Shown in pieces: positions 1-7,143 of a DNA stretch of 12,726 nt. The notes under the pieces were generated by a model. It made no database searches, had not been told where the DNA came from, and worked only from the letters and a program-made list of their open reading frames with translations. The stretch comes from a virus (lineage: Duplodnaviria > Heunggongvirae > Uroviricota > Caudoviricetes). The position numbers were made by a program, and so were the translations under genes. Position 1 is the first letter of the stretch. The number at the start of each line of letters is the position of its first letter. The stretch lies in IMG/VR virus record IMGVR_UViG_3300014846_000084. One strand, given 5' to 3'.

Positions 1-1230
1 ATGAGCAGAGCACTTAACAAACTGAGCGATACACAGCTGAGGAAAATCAACGGCACACCCGCCCAAAAAACAGCCTTTCTTAATGACGGTGGAAACCTGA
101 GCGTCAGGCATTCAACCAGCGGCCTTTTAACCTGGTATTTCACCTACAGGGCCGGAACGGGAAGGGGAGCACGACCGGAACGGATTAAGCTGGGAAATTA
201 TCCTGATCTGAGTCTGAAAGCTGCCAGGGAAAAAGCGGCACAGTGTCGCGCTTGGCTTGCTGAGGGGAAAAATCCACGTCATGAGATGAATTACACCGTA
301 CAGAAAGCGTTAAAGCCCGTAACGGTTGGCGATGCGCTTACCTACTGGCTTGAGTCTTACGTAAAGGAAAACCGCGTGGATTATGCCGCCCTGAAAAAGC
401 GCCTTAATAATCACGTAATACAGCACATTGGTGCTATGCCGCTGGATAAATGCGAGCTACGGCACTGGCTGGCCTGTTTTGACCAGGTGGCAAAGCGAAC
501 GCCTGTTACTGCCGGATTCTTGCTACAGACGTGCAAACAGGCGCTTAAGTTCTGCCGGAGGCGGCGCTATGCAATCAGCAACGTTCTTGATGATATGAGT
601 GTGGCGGACGTTGGGAAAAAACCGGATATAAGCGAGCGTGTCTTAAGCACCAAAGAACTTGGCGAATTATTGCAGGCACTGGACAAAAAAATATTTTCCC
701 CTTACTACGTCGCACTAATCCGCCTCCTGATTGTTTTTGGATGCCGGACGGTAGAACTGAGGTTATCGGAGATCAGCGAGTGGGATTTTACCGAAATGCT
801 CTGGACCGTGCCGAAAGAACACAGCAAAACGAAGGTGGCAATATTCCGGCCCATACCGGAAGCAATACTGCCGTTCGTCACGCAGCTGGTGGAGCAGAAC
901 AGGCACACGGGCTTATTGCTGGGGGAAGTGAAACAGGAAACAAGCGTGTCGCAGTACGGCAGATTAGCGCACAGGAGGCTAAAACACCCTCACTGGTCAC
1001 TGCATGACATCCGGCGCACCTTTACAACGATGCTGAACGATTTAGGCGTGGATCCTCACGTCGTGGAGCAGCTTACAGGTCATCAGATGCCAGGGATGCA
1101 ACGAGTCTATAACCATTCCCGTTATCTGGATGCGAAACGTGACGCGCTGGATATGTGGACGGAGCGGTTAGGGATACTGGCGGGAACACATGAAAACGTA
1201 ACCACATTGCCAATAGCCAGAGAAATATAA
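1..1230 (+). CDS. int: Tyrosine site-specific integrase, P4-like family (409 aa)
   Basis: Full-length ORF from the track. C-terminal catalytic motifs are readable in the translation: R in GCRTVELRL, H-x-x-R in SLHDIRRTF, Y in QRVYNHSRY. N-terminal region resembles the arm-binding domain of P4-type integrases. Upstream start context is outside the window. Confidence 0.9.
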   Translation: MSRALNKLSDTQLRKINGTPAQKTAFLNDGGNLSVRHSTSGLLTWYFTYRAGTGRGARPERIKLGNYPDLSLKAAREKAAQCRAWLAEGKNPRHEMNYTVQKALKPVTVGDALTYWLESYVKENRVDYAALKKRLNNHVIQHIGAMPLDKCELRHWLACFDQVAKRTPVTAGFLLQTCKQALKFCRRRRYAISNVLDDMSVADVGKKPDISERVLSTKELGELLQALDKKIFSPYYVALIRLLIVFGCRTVELRLSEISEWDFTEMLWTVPKEHSKTKVAIFRPIPEAILPFVTQLVEQNRHTGLLLGEVKQETSVSQYGRLAHRRLKHPHWSLHDIRRTFTTMLNDLGVDPHVVEQLTGHQMPGMQRVYNHSRYLDAKRDALDMWTERLGILAGTHENVTTLPIAREI

Positions 1231-1257
1231 TTTTTTTTGCGATTTTTCAGGATGCGG

Positions 1258-1315
1258 ACAACGTGAAACAACGAGACACAACGACGAACAACAAGGAACA
1301 AAATGGAACAACGGG
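1258..1315. repeat. Tandem array of six phased 10-bp repeats (consensus about ACGnGGAACA, ACAAC core every 10 bp) immediately 3' of int
   Basis: ACAAC at 1258, 1268, 1278, 1288, 1308 and the variant ACAAA at 1298, exactly 10 bp apart. Top strand is almost entirely A/C/G. Confidence 0.6.
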
Positions 1316-1595
1316 TTAAAAATCAGCCATCGTAATAACCATTTGATTTTTATAGGTGTACTGTTTTTTTATACACTGGCGAATCACTCTTAAAAATATG
1401 TAAAAAAGGCGTAAAAGTAAAATTTTATGCCTTTGCATCATAATGAATTAAAAGAGTTTTTATTCTCATTCCCCCTGCTTCTGTAAAACGACCGCCGCCA
1501 GTGTTTGCCATTCCACAAACACCCTGACACAATCCGACACAACCCAACCCAATAATCCACCCAATGACTCTTTAAGAAACAACAAAGGGGGAATT

Positions 1596-1784
1596 GTGTT
1601 AAGCACAGATCGCTTTATACGTGAAAAAGAATGTCAGCAACTTACAGGCCTGAGCCGCTCATGTCGGTACCGCCTGGAAAAAGCCGGACAATTCCCATCA
1701 CGGCGTAAGCTGGGCGGTCGTTCCGTTGGCTGGTCTTTATCCGAAGTTCTGGCATGGAAGGACAGCTGCGAGGCAGTTCACTAA
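1596..1784 (+). CDS. alpA: AlpA-family (Vis/excisionase-like) HTH transcriptional regulator, 62 aa, GTG start
   Basis: Translation LTGLSRSCRYRLEKAGQFP...GWSLSEVLAWK matches the AlpA/MerR-like winged HTH pattern. Strong SD (AAAGGGGGA) 5 to 8 nt upstream of the GTG at 1596. Confidence 0.85.
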   Translation: MLSTDRFIREKECQQLTGLSRSCRYRLEKAGQFPSRRKLGGRSVGWSLSEVLAWKDSCEAVH

Positions 1785-1836
1785 TCAGGCTGGCGGCACA
1801 CAGCCGCCACCCATCCACTAATACAGAGATCTAACC

Positions 1837-3039
1837 ATGAATACTGGATATTCTCCCGAACAAGGGCGGGGCTTCGTTCGTCCTGAAAAACAGAATCTGC
1901 AAAATTTTGCCGAAATTATTCCGGTTATTTCCGGCCTTACTGGCGGGAGTGAAACCAATATTGTTAACGCCAGAGCGTTGCAGATGTTTGATGATAAAAA
2001 GGGAGTAAATTTAACTTACACCCCTGACGGCAATCAGAATATGAGCATTATCTCTGAGTCAGGTTTCTACAAACTAATAAAAACAAAAAGCGCCCCGTTG
2101 CCGGAGCGCCTTTGTGAACAATTAACCTACTGCGCAAAAAATGAATCTGAGCAGTGGGATTATATCAACCATGTGGAGAAGCGCCACAATTGCCGAATAA
2201 CGGGCAAAACAAAGGCCACCCGCTACGGTGGCCCCTCGACACAAGCTACACGTTATCCCCAACGCATGAGCATTGCCAACAATGCCACATTTGCGGCTGG
2301 TGGGCAATGCAATCAGTCTGGTTCAGTTCGTTGCCATACCTGCAATGAGCGCTTTTCCCTGTACTCTTTAAGGAATTGCTCAAGGGCAAAAGCACATGGC
2401 GCGAATCTTTCTGATTCATGCTCTATCTTTCTGCGCCGTCTTTTCCGTGCCGGTGATAATGTTTTGGTCAATTCTTTATCGGTCATTGTGTTGTCCTGCA
2501 TAGCAATGCGCCGTAATACCTTACACCACGGCGCTGATGGTGATTACTCTGGTTCTTTGGTCTTGCGGCGCTGGAGTTCTTCACGTGCGACAGTGACGAG
2601 CTGCCCGATCTCCTCGGCGGCTTTGATTCCGAGTTTTTCCACCTGCGCCAGTGCATCGAGCGAAGAAACTAGGGGATTTTCTCCACTTCCTTCTGCCTGG
2701 CGCCGGGCGATCTCACCGCGTACAGCCGTAACTATAAAATTCGCTTTAGTTTCCCCTGGCTGTAGGGATGCCTCAATGCCACTCACTACTTCATGTGGAA
2801 ATCTGGCATTCAGTTGCTGTGACTTATTGTTAACAGAACTCCTGGACATGTTTGCACCTCCCATTAATAACGGGATGCAGTGTAATACAAAAGTGAATAC
2901 CAAAAAAGACTTGAAATGGTATTCACCTAAATGTAATGTGAATACCACAAGTGCTGATACATGCAATTCAGCAATTGAAACGACGAAGCCCCGCACTGTT
3001 GGAGCAGTAACGGGGCTTCTAACCAACAACGTAAACTAG
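1837..3039 (+). CDS. Hypothetical ORF with a Bro-N/KilA-N-like segment in the first ~110 aa. The 3' boundary is uncertain: the open frame runs 400 codons, but the distal two thirds look like non-coding antisense of the minus-strand regulator gene. Possible pseudogene or mis-extended ORF.
   Basis: N-terminal translation contains KGVNLTYTPDGNQNMSIISESGFYKLIKTKS, which resembles the conserved Bro-N core. From about residue 150 the composition turns S/C/R-rich and overlaps a well-supported gene on the opposite strand. Weak SD before the ATG at 1837. Confidence 0.3.
   Translation: MNTGYSPEQGRGFVRPEKQNLQNFAEIIPVISGLTGGSETNIVNARALQMFDDKKGVNLTYTPDGNQNMSIISESGFYKLIKTKSAPLPERLCEQLTYCAKNESEQWDYINHVEKRHNCRITGKTKATRYGGPSTQATRYPQRMSIANNATFAAGGQCNQSGSVRCHTCNERFSLYSLRNCSRAKAHGANLSDSCSIFLRRLFRAGDNVLVNSLSVIVLSCIAMRRNTLHHGADGDYSGSLVLRRWSSSRATVTSCPISSAALIPSFSTCASASSEETRGFSPLPSAWRRAISPRTAVTIKFALVSPGCRDASMPLTTSCGNLAFSCCDLLLTELLDMFAPPINNGMQCNTKVNTKKDLKWYSPKCNVNTTSADTCNSAIETTKPRTVGAVTGLLTNNVN
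2313..2486 (-). CDS. Possible small basic protein (57 aa, MTDKELTKTLSPARKRRRRK...), downstream of the RHH gene on the minus strand
   Basis: ORF in the track (2313..2501) trimmed to the second ATG, which has an AGGA about 8 nt upstream. Composition is protein-like but there is no recognisable family. Overlaps the open + frame of the preceding feature. Confidence 0.2.
   Translation of the reverse strand: MTDKELTKTLSPARKRRRRKIEHESERFAPCAFALEQFLKEYREKRSLQVWQRTEPD
2544..2849 (-). CDS. Ribbon-helix-helix (Arc/MetJ-like) DNA-binding regulator, about 101 aa; candidate island repressor
   Basis: Track ORF 2544..3029 trimmed to the internal ATG at 2849, which has a strong SD (GGGAGGTG) 5 nt upstream. 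N-terminal segment LNARFPHEVVSGIEASLQPGETKANFIVTAVRGEI fits an RHH beta-strand/helix pattern. Transcribed divergently from the downstream operon. Confidence 0.7.
   Translation of the reverse strand: MSRSSVNNKSQQLNARFPHEVVSGIEASLQPGETKANFIVTAVRGEIARRQAEGSGENPLVSSLDALAQVEKLGIKAAEEIGQLVTVAREELQRRKTKEPE
2893..2947. promoter_or_regulatory. Operator-like triple repeat GTGAATACCA (direct 2893-2902, inverted 2918-2927, direct 2938-2947) in the divergent intergenic region between the RHH gene and the 3048 operon
   Basis: Three exact copies of a 10-mer in alternating orientation, within about 55 bp, lying between two divergent start codons (2849 minus, 3048 plus). Confidence 0.5.
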
Positions 3040-3047
3040 GAGCCGTT

Positions 3048-3248
3048 ATGGTTGCCGTAAATCATATACCACACCTTGTACACACACAAACGGCCTTTGT
3101 GTGGCGTTTTCTGGCACTGAGTGCCGGAGAATCTCAAATCATCCACGTAACCGCCTGGACGGAACGCGAAGCGCGTAGCCGTTGCCCGTCAGGTTGTGTT
3201 GCTGTATTTGCCGCTCGTATTCGTCAGGGGAAAACCTATGCACAATAA
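3048..3248 (+). CDS. Hypothetical small protein (66 aa), first gene of a coupled operon leading to the primase
   Basis: AGGAG SD at 3038-3042, 5 nt before the ATG. Stop overlaps the start of the next ORF. Confidence 0.5.
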   Translation: MVAVNHIPHLVHTQTAFVWRFLALSAGESQIIHVTAWTEREARSRCPSGCVAVFAARIRQGKTYAQ

Positions 3249-3477
3249 AACCACACCGGACGCAGCAGCCGCCGCGCTCACTACGCTGATGCACGCGCTT
3301 ATTGATATTTCTGTTATTGCTGACAGGGCGCATAAGCACGCCACCAGTGAAACAGAATATGCCGGGGCTTTCGTTCCTCATTCGCTGGCGGTTATGCAAC
3401 TTAGTGCGGATATGGCGCTGAATGAGGCCAAAGCCATCCTGATTGCTGATTGTGAAAATGGGGGGGGTTATGCGTGA
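3238..3477 (+). CDS. Hypothetical small protein (79 aa, MHNKTTPDAAAAALTT...)
   Basis: Track ORF 3196..3477 trimmed to the ATG at 3238, which overlaps the upstream stop and has AGGGGA upstream. Alanine/helix-rich, protein-like composition. Confidence 0.5.
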   Translation: MHNKTTPDAAAAALTTLMHALIDISVIADRAHKHATSETEYAGAFVPHSLAVMQLSADMALNEAKAILIADCENGGGYA

Positions 3478-3703
3478 TGATCGTTTTAATTCCCTGAAAC
3501 AGGAATTTTCCGACGTTCCTGATGATGCGGCTGATGCGCTTTCGTCAATGCCAGAGCTTATTAGAGCGGCTTTTTTCTTACTTTCCACGAGAGAATATAA
3601 ATCAACGGGGCTTGATGTACTGAATATCGCCGCCGATTATGCGGAATATGTGGCAGAGGCGCATTACAGAAGAAAATTTCCTGAGGATGTAAGCCATGCG
3701 TGA
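3470..3703 (+). CDS. Hypothetical small acidic protein (77 aa, MRDDRFNSLKQEF...)
   Basis: Track ORF 3443..3703 trimmed to the ATG at 3470, which overlaps the upstream stop in the motif ATGCGTGA. G-rich SD upstream. Confidence 0.55.
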   Translation: MRDDRFNSLKQEFSDVPDDAADALSSMPELIRAAFFLLSTREYKSTGLDVLNIAADYAEYVAEAHYRRKFPEDVSHA

Positions 3704-3929
3704 TATTTACCACGAAACAATAGACCGCGCATTTCTTGCACTTTCTCACAGTGAAAACATGCTGGAAATATTGCGCATATGGCTTGAAACACTTGGCGAC
3801 AATGAACGCGACAAACAAAAATCAAGAATTGCCACGGCATTAATAACGCTTCTTGATCCTGTAATAATGGAACTGCAAGAAATAGATCTATTGCACGACA
3901 GATATAAAGAACAGCACACCGGAGAATAA
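3696..3929 (+). CDS. Hypothetical small protein (77 aa, MRDIYHETIDRAF...)
   Basis: ATG at 3696 overlaps the upstream stop in the same ATGCGTGA arrangement. GAGGA SD at about 3682. Confidence 0.55.
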   Translation: MRDIYHETIDRAFLALSHSENMLEILRIWLETLGDNERDKQKSRIATALITLLDPVIMELQEIDLLHDRYKEQHTGE

Positions 3930-3934
3930 AAATA

Positions 3935-4234
3935 ATGAAACTTAAATATTCTGGCTTAACTGCCAGTGGCAACACTCACCCTAAATTTACGCGCGGTGAT
4001 ATTTACCGCGACCAGTACGGCGGCACGGTAATGATTAAGGGCGTGGAGGAACGTCGCGTAACTTACCGCCGTGAAGGCTACGAATATGATTGCGTGATGC
4101 CTGTTTATCAGTTCGACCGTGATTTTTCTCTTGTGCAGGCCGTACCGCGTAACGTGCCCACCAGCAGGGAGAAAGCACGCGCCAATATTCAGAAGATGAA
4201 AACCATGATTAACGGATTCAGGGGTAAAAAATGA
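3935..4234 (+). CDS. Hypothetical protein (99 aa), translationally coupled to the primase gene (ATGA overlap)
   Basis: Track ORF with GGAGA SD upstream. Its stop overlaps the primase ATG at 4231. Confidence 0.6.
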   Translation: MKLKYSGLTASGNTHPKFTRGDIYRDQYGGTVMIKGVEERRVTYRREGYEYDCVMPVYQFDRDFSLVQAVPRNVPTSREKARANIQKMKTMINGFRGKK

Positions 4235-5985
4235 AACTGGCACCGAACGTAAAACAGCAGTCACGCGGCATAAAACACAAAGAAACAGAAGTCATTATTT
4301 TTGCGGGTAGTGATGCCTGGTCACACGCAAAACAATGGCAGGAACATGACGCGCGTATGGCCGGAGATAATGAGCCTCCTGTGTGGCTTGGGGAGCAGCA
4401 GTTATCCGAACTGGATAAGCTGCAAATTGTGCCGGAAGGCAGAAAATGCGTACGAATATTCAGGGCCGGACATCTTGCGCCAGTAATGATAAAGGCGATT
4501 GGTCAGAAGCTGGCGGCGGCTGGCGTACAGGATGCAAATTTTTATCCTGAGGGTATGCACGGCCAGGAGGTGCAGAACTGGCGCGAATATCTGGCCCGTG
4601 AGCGACAGAATCTTTCTGATGGTCTGGTCATTGAGCTTCCGGTAAAGCAAAAGGCGCAACTTTCTCAGATGGCGGACAGTGAGCGCGCGCAGCTGCTTTC
4701 CGGGCGCTTTGATGGCGTTTGCGTGCATCCTGAAAGTGAAATCGTCCACGTCTGGCGCGGCGGGGGATGGTGTCCGGTCAGCACAATGGAACTGAGCCGC
4801 GAAATGGTGGCGATCTATTCAGAGCACAGGGCCACTTTCAGCAAGCGCGTAATCAATAACGCCGTGGAAGCGTTAAAAGTTATTGCCGAACCAATGGGCG
4901 AGCCGTCCGGTGATTTACTGCCGTTCGCCAATGGTGCGCTTGACCTGAAAACGGGGGAATTTTACCCGCACACGCCGGAGAACTGGATCACCACGCACAA
5001 CGGCATTGAGTACACGCCACCAGCACCAGGGGAGAACATCCGCGATAACGCGCCAAACTTTCATAAATGGCTTGAGCACGCAGCCGGAAAAGACCCGCGC
5101 AAGATGATGCGTATATGTGCCGCGCTGTACATGATTATGGCGAACCGGTACGACTGGCAGATGTTTATTGAGGCCACCGGAGATGGCGGGAGCGGTAAAA
5201 GTACATTCACGCACATAGCCAGCCTTCTGGCAGGGAAACAGAACACGGTAAGCGCTGAAATGACATCGCTTGATGATGCTGGTGGACGTGCGCAGGTTGT
5301 CGGGAGTCGTCTTATCGTCCTGGCTGACCAGCCGAAATATACAGGCGAAGGAACGGGCATCAAGAAAATCACGGGCGGTGACCCTGTGGAAATTAACCCG
5401 AAATACGAAAAGCGTTTCACGGCTGTAATCAGAGCGGTGGTGCTGGCGACCAACAATAACCCGATGATATTCACCGAACGGGCCGGAGGTGTGGCACGTC
5501 GTCGCGTGATTTTCCGTTTCGACAATATCGTCAGTGAGGCCGAAAAAGACAGGGAGCTACCGGAAAAGATTGCGGCTGAAATCCCTGTCATTATCCGCCG
5601 ATTGCTGGCGAACTTTACCGACCCTGAGAAGGCACGGGCTTTACTACTGGAACAGCGTGACGGTGATGAAGCTCTGGCAATAAAGCAACAGACGGATCCG
5701 GTTATTGAGTTTTGCCAGTTCCTGAATTTTCTGGAGGAAGCACGCGGCCTGATGATGGGCGGCGGTGGCGATTCAGTGAAGTACACGACCAGAAACAGCC
5801 TTTACCGCGTCTATCTGGCGTTTATGGCGTACGCAGGCAGGAGCAAACCGCTAAACGTAAATGACTTTGGCAAGGCTATGAAGCCAGCCGCGAAAGTTTA
5901 CGGACATGAATATATTACGCGGAAAGTTAAGGGAGTAACGCAGACTAACGCAATAACAACAGACGATTGCGACGCGTTTTTATAA
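4231..5985 (+). CDS. Phage/plasmid primase-helicase, P4 alpha-like (D5_N plus P-loop NTPase C-terminal region), 584 aa; probable replication initiator of the island
   Basis: Walker A reads EATGDGGSGKST and a Walker-B-like RLIVLADQ follows. Overall size and layout match P4-family primase C-terminal domain proteins. The iteron array starts directly after the stop. Confidence 0.88.
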   Translation: MKLAPNVKQQSRGIKHKETEVIIFAGSDAWSHAKQWQEHDARMAGDNEPPVWLGEQQLSELDKLQIVPEGRKCVRIFRAGHLAPVMIKAIGQKLAAAGVQDANFYPEGMHGQEVQNWREYLARERQNLSDGLVIELPVKQKAQLSQMADSERAQLLSGRFDGVCVHPESEIVHVWRGGGWCPVSTMELSREMVAIYSEHRATFSKRVINNAVEALKVIAEPMGEPSGDLLPFANGALDLKTGEFYPHTPENWITTHNGIEYTPPAPGENIRDNAPNFHKWLEHAAGKDPRKMMRICAALYMIMANRYDWQMFIEATGDGGSGKSTFTHIASLLAGKQNTVSAEMTSLDDAGGRAQVVGSRLIVLADQPKYTGEGTGIKKITGGDPVEINPKYEKRFTAVIRAVVLATNNNPMIFTERAGGVARRRVIFRFDNIVSEAEKDRELPEKIAAEIPVIIRRLLANFTDPEKARALLLEQRDGDEALAIKQQTDPVIEFCQFLNFLEEARGLMMGGGGDSVKYTTRNSLYRVYLAFMAYAGRSKPLNVNDFGKAMKPAAKVYGHEYITRKVKGVTQTNAITTDDCDAFL

Positions 5986-5997
5986 TTTGTTGCAATG

Positions 5998-6225
5998 GCT
6001 GTCTACCCTGTCTACCTGAGTAAAGAAAAATACATTTAATTCAGTACATTAACTTAGGTAGACAGCCTTTTTTCACTGTCTACCTACTATCTACCCTCTC
6101 TACCTGATTTTACCTGAATCAGACAGGGAGGTAGATACGGGGTAGATAGTGGATAAAAGCACTCTACCCTACTGAAAGCCGCGCCATTACTGGCATGGTG
6201 GCCAGTAAGGTAGATAAGGTAGACA
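5998..6225. repeat. Iteron array, candidate origin of replication: about 12 copies of GGTAGA(C/T)A / T(G)TCTACC in both orientations flanking an AT-rich spacer
   Basis: CTGTCTACC at 5999-6007, 6008-6016 and 6076-6084; GGTAGACAG at 6057-6065; TCTACC at 6090 and 6099; GGTAGATA at 6130, 6141 and 6209; GGTAGACA at 6218. AT-rich stretch at 6018-6056. Confidence 0.6.
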
Positions 6226-6273
6226 AGGGGAGGCACAACTCAAAACTTTTTAAACGAGGGGGTAAAAATAAAA

Positions 6274-6525
6274 ATGCGCACATCAGGAAAACTTAATAAT
6301 CAGAAGAAGCAGCATAACCGCGCCATTGACCTTACAGAGCACTGGCTGAGAGTGGCGATAAAAATCATCGACCGCAACACGGGGGAAGGATACGCGAAAG
6401 CACATCCCGACCTGATAAGCGCATTCATGACCACGGCGGCGGCAAACTTTGCCACGCTGACAGAACGGGAGATTGCCGAAGCGGAACAGGTAACAACCAT
6501 CAACGTTAAAAGCGCTGGAGAATAA
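6274..6525 (+). CDS. Hypothetical protein (83 aa)
   Basis: Track ORF. GAGGGGG SD at 6256-6262. Followed by an intrinsic terminator. Confidence 0.55.
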   Translation: MRTSGKLNNQKKQHNRAIDLTEHWLRVAIKIIDRNTGEGYAKAHPDLISAFMTTAAANFATLTEREIAEAEQVTTINVKSAGE

Positions 6526-6543
6526 CCGAAGAAGTGAGCACAT

Positions 6544-6568
6544 AGCCGGAGCAATCCGGCTTTTTTTC
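6544..6568 (+). terminator. Rho-independent terminator (AGCCGGA-gcaa-TCCGGCT followed by a T7 run)
   Basis: 7-bp GC-rich stem with a 4-nt loop and a run of seven T immediately after, 20 nt past the stop of the 6274 ORF. Confidence 0.6.
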
Positions 6569-6655
6569 GATCTCATATATCTTAAAAGATGGTTAATTAA
6601 TGATAATCTATCGAAAATACTGGTTATGTAATGATAAGTATCAGGAGAAAACAAA

Positions 6656-6850
6656 GTGGAAGAGATAAAGCAAAGCGCTACCGTGATGATTGATCATGAA
6701 ATCCTTAACGAGCTTAAAAAGTTGCAGTTCGATATTGTGCGCCGGATGAATGAATCAGGTATCTACGGCAGGGCGGCAACACCAACAATAGGGCATCTTG
6801 CGCGCGTACTGTTACGCGAACGCCTGGGCATTGCAACAAGTGAGGCGTAA
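6656..6850 (+). CDS. Hypothetical small protein (64 aa), GTG start; first gene of the putative late/packaging operon
   Basis: Track ORF. CAGGAG SD at about 6642. Preceded by an AT-rich promoter-like stretch at 6570-6650. Confidence 0.5.
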   Translation: MEEIKQSATVMIDHEILNELKKLQFDIVRRMNESGIYGRAATPTIGHLARVLLRERLGIATSEA

Positions 6851-6853
6851 ACA

Positions 6854-7015
6854 ATGGCTATCACAGAACGCGAGGCAAGCATCATTAAGGCCATTGGCGA
6901 GGAAACAAGAGACACCATAGCGCCATTGATGGAAAAGATCGCAGAGCTTGAGACACGAATAAACAAGCTGAGTAATGAAGTTGAAGGCCTGATCTCGTTA
7001 CTCGGTGAGCAATGA
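6854..7015 (+). CDS. Small predicted coiled-coil protein (53 aa, MAITEREASIIKAIGEETRDTIAPLMEKIAELETRINKLSNEVEGLISLLGEQ); absent from the ORF track, which appears to omit ORFs under 60 aa
   Basis: Translated by hand. ATG lies 4 nt after the upstream stop, with a GAGG about 9 nt upstream. Heptad-like charged/hydrophobic pattern. Confidence 0.4.
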   Translation: MAITEREASIIKAIGEETRDTIAPLMEKIAELETRINKLSNEVEGLISLLGEQ

Positions 7016-7143
7016 CATGGGGGGGAGTGTTCCGGCCGGAAAGTCGATCTCCCTGGACACCGCCCCCCGTCTCATTCGTAGAAAATTTTGCTTTTCAAAA
7101 AAGTTACACGAAAAGTTACACCCCCTCAAAACGAGGTTTTTGC

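Noticed and set aside
705-1007. Two short ORFs (67 and 88 aa) overlapping the integrase gene
   Set aside because: Embedded in the integrase coding region, in alternative or opposite frames, with no independent support.
3139-4264. Minus-strand ORFs of 149, 85, 103 and 102 aa across the small-gene operon
   Set aside because: All are antisense to the coupled + strand ORFs, which have SD sequences and overlapping stop/start codons. Their compositions look like shadow frames.
5061-5786. 241-aa ORF on the minus strand
   Set aside because: Lies entirely antisense to the well-supported primase gene. Translation is S/R/A-rich and low-complexity, typical of a shadow ORF.
7012-7143. N-terminal 44-codon extension of the terS ORF in the track
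   Set aside because: The extension covers a GC-rich structured intergenic region and translates to proline/tryptophan-rich sequence. The conserved TerS N-terminus starts at the internal ATG at 7144, which has its own SD.
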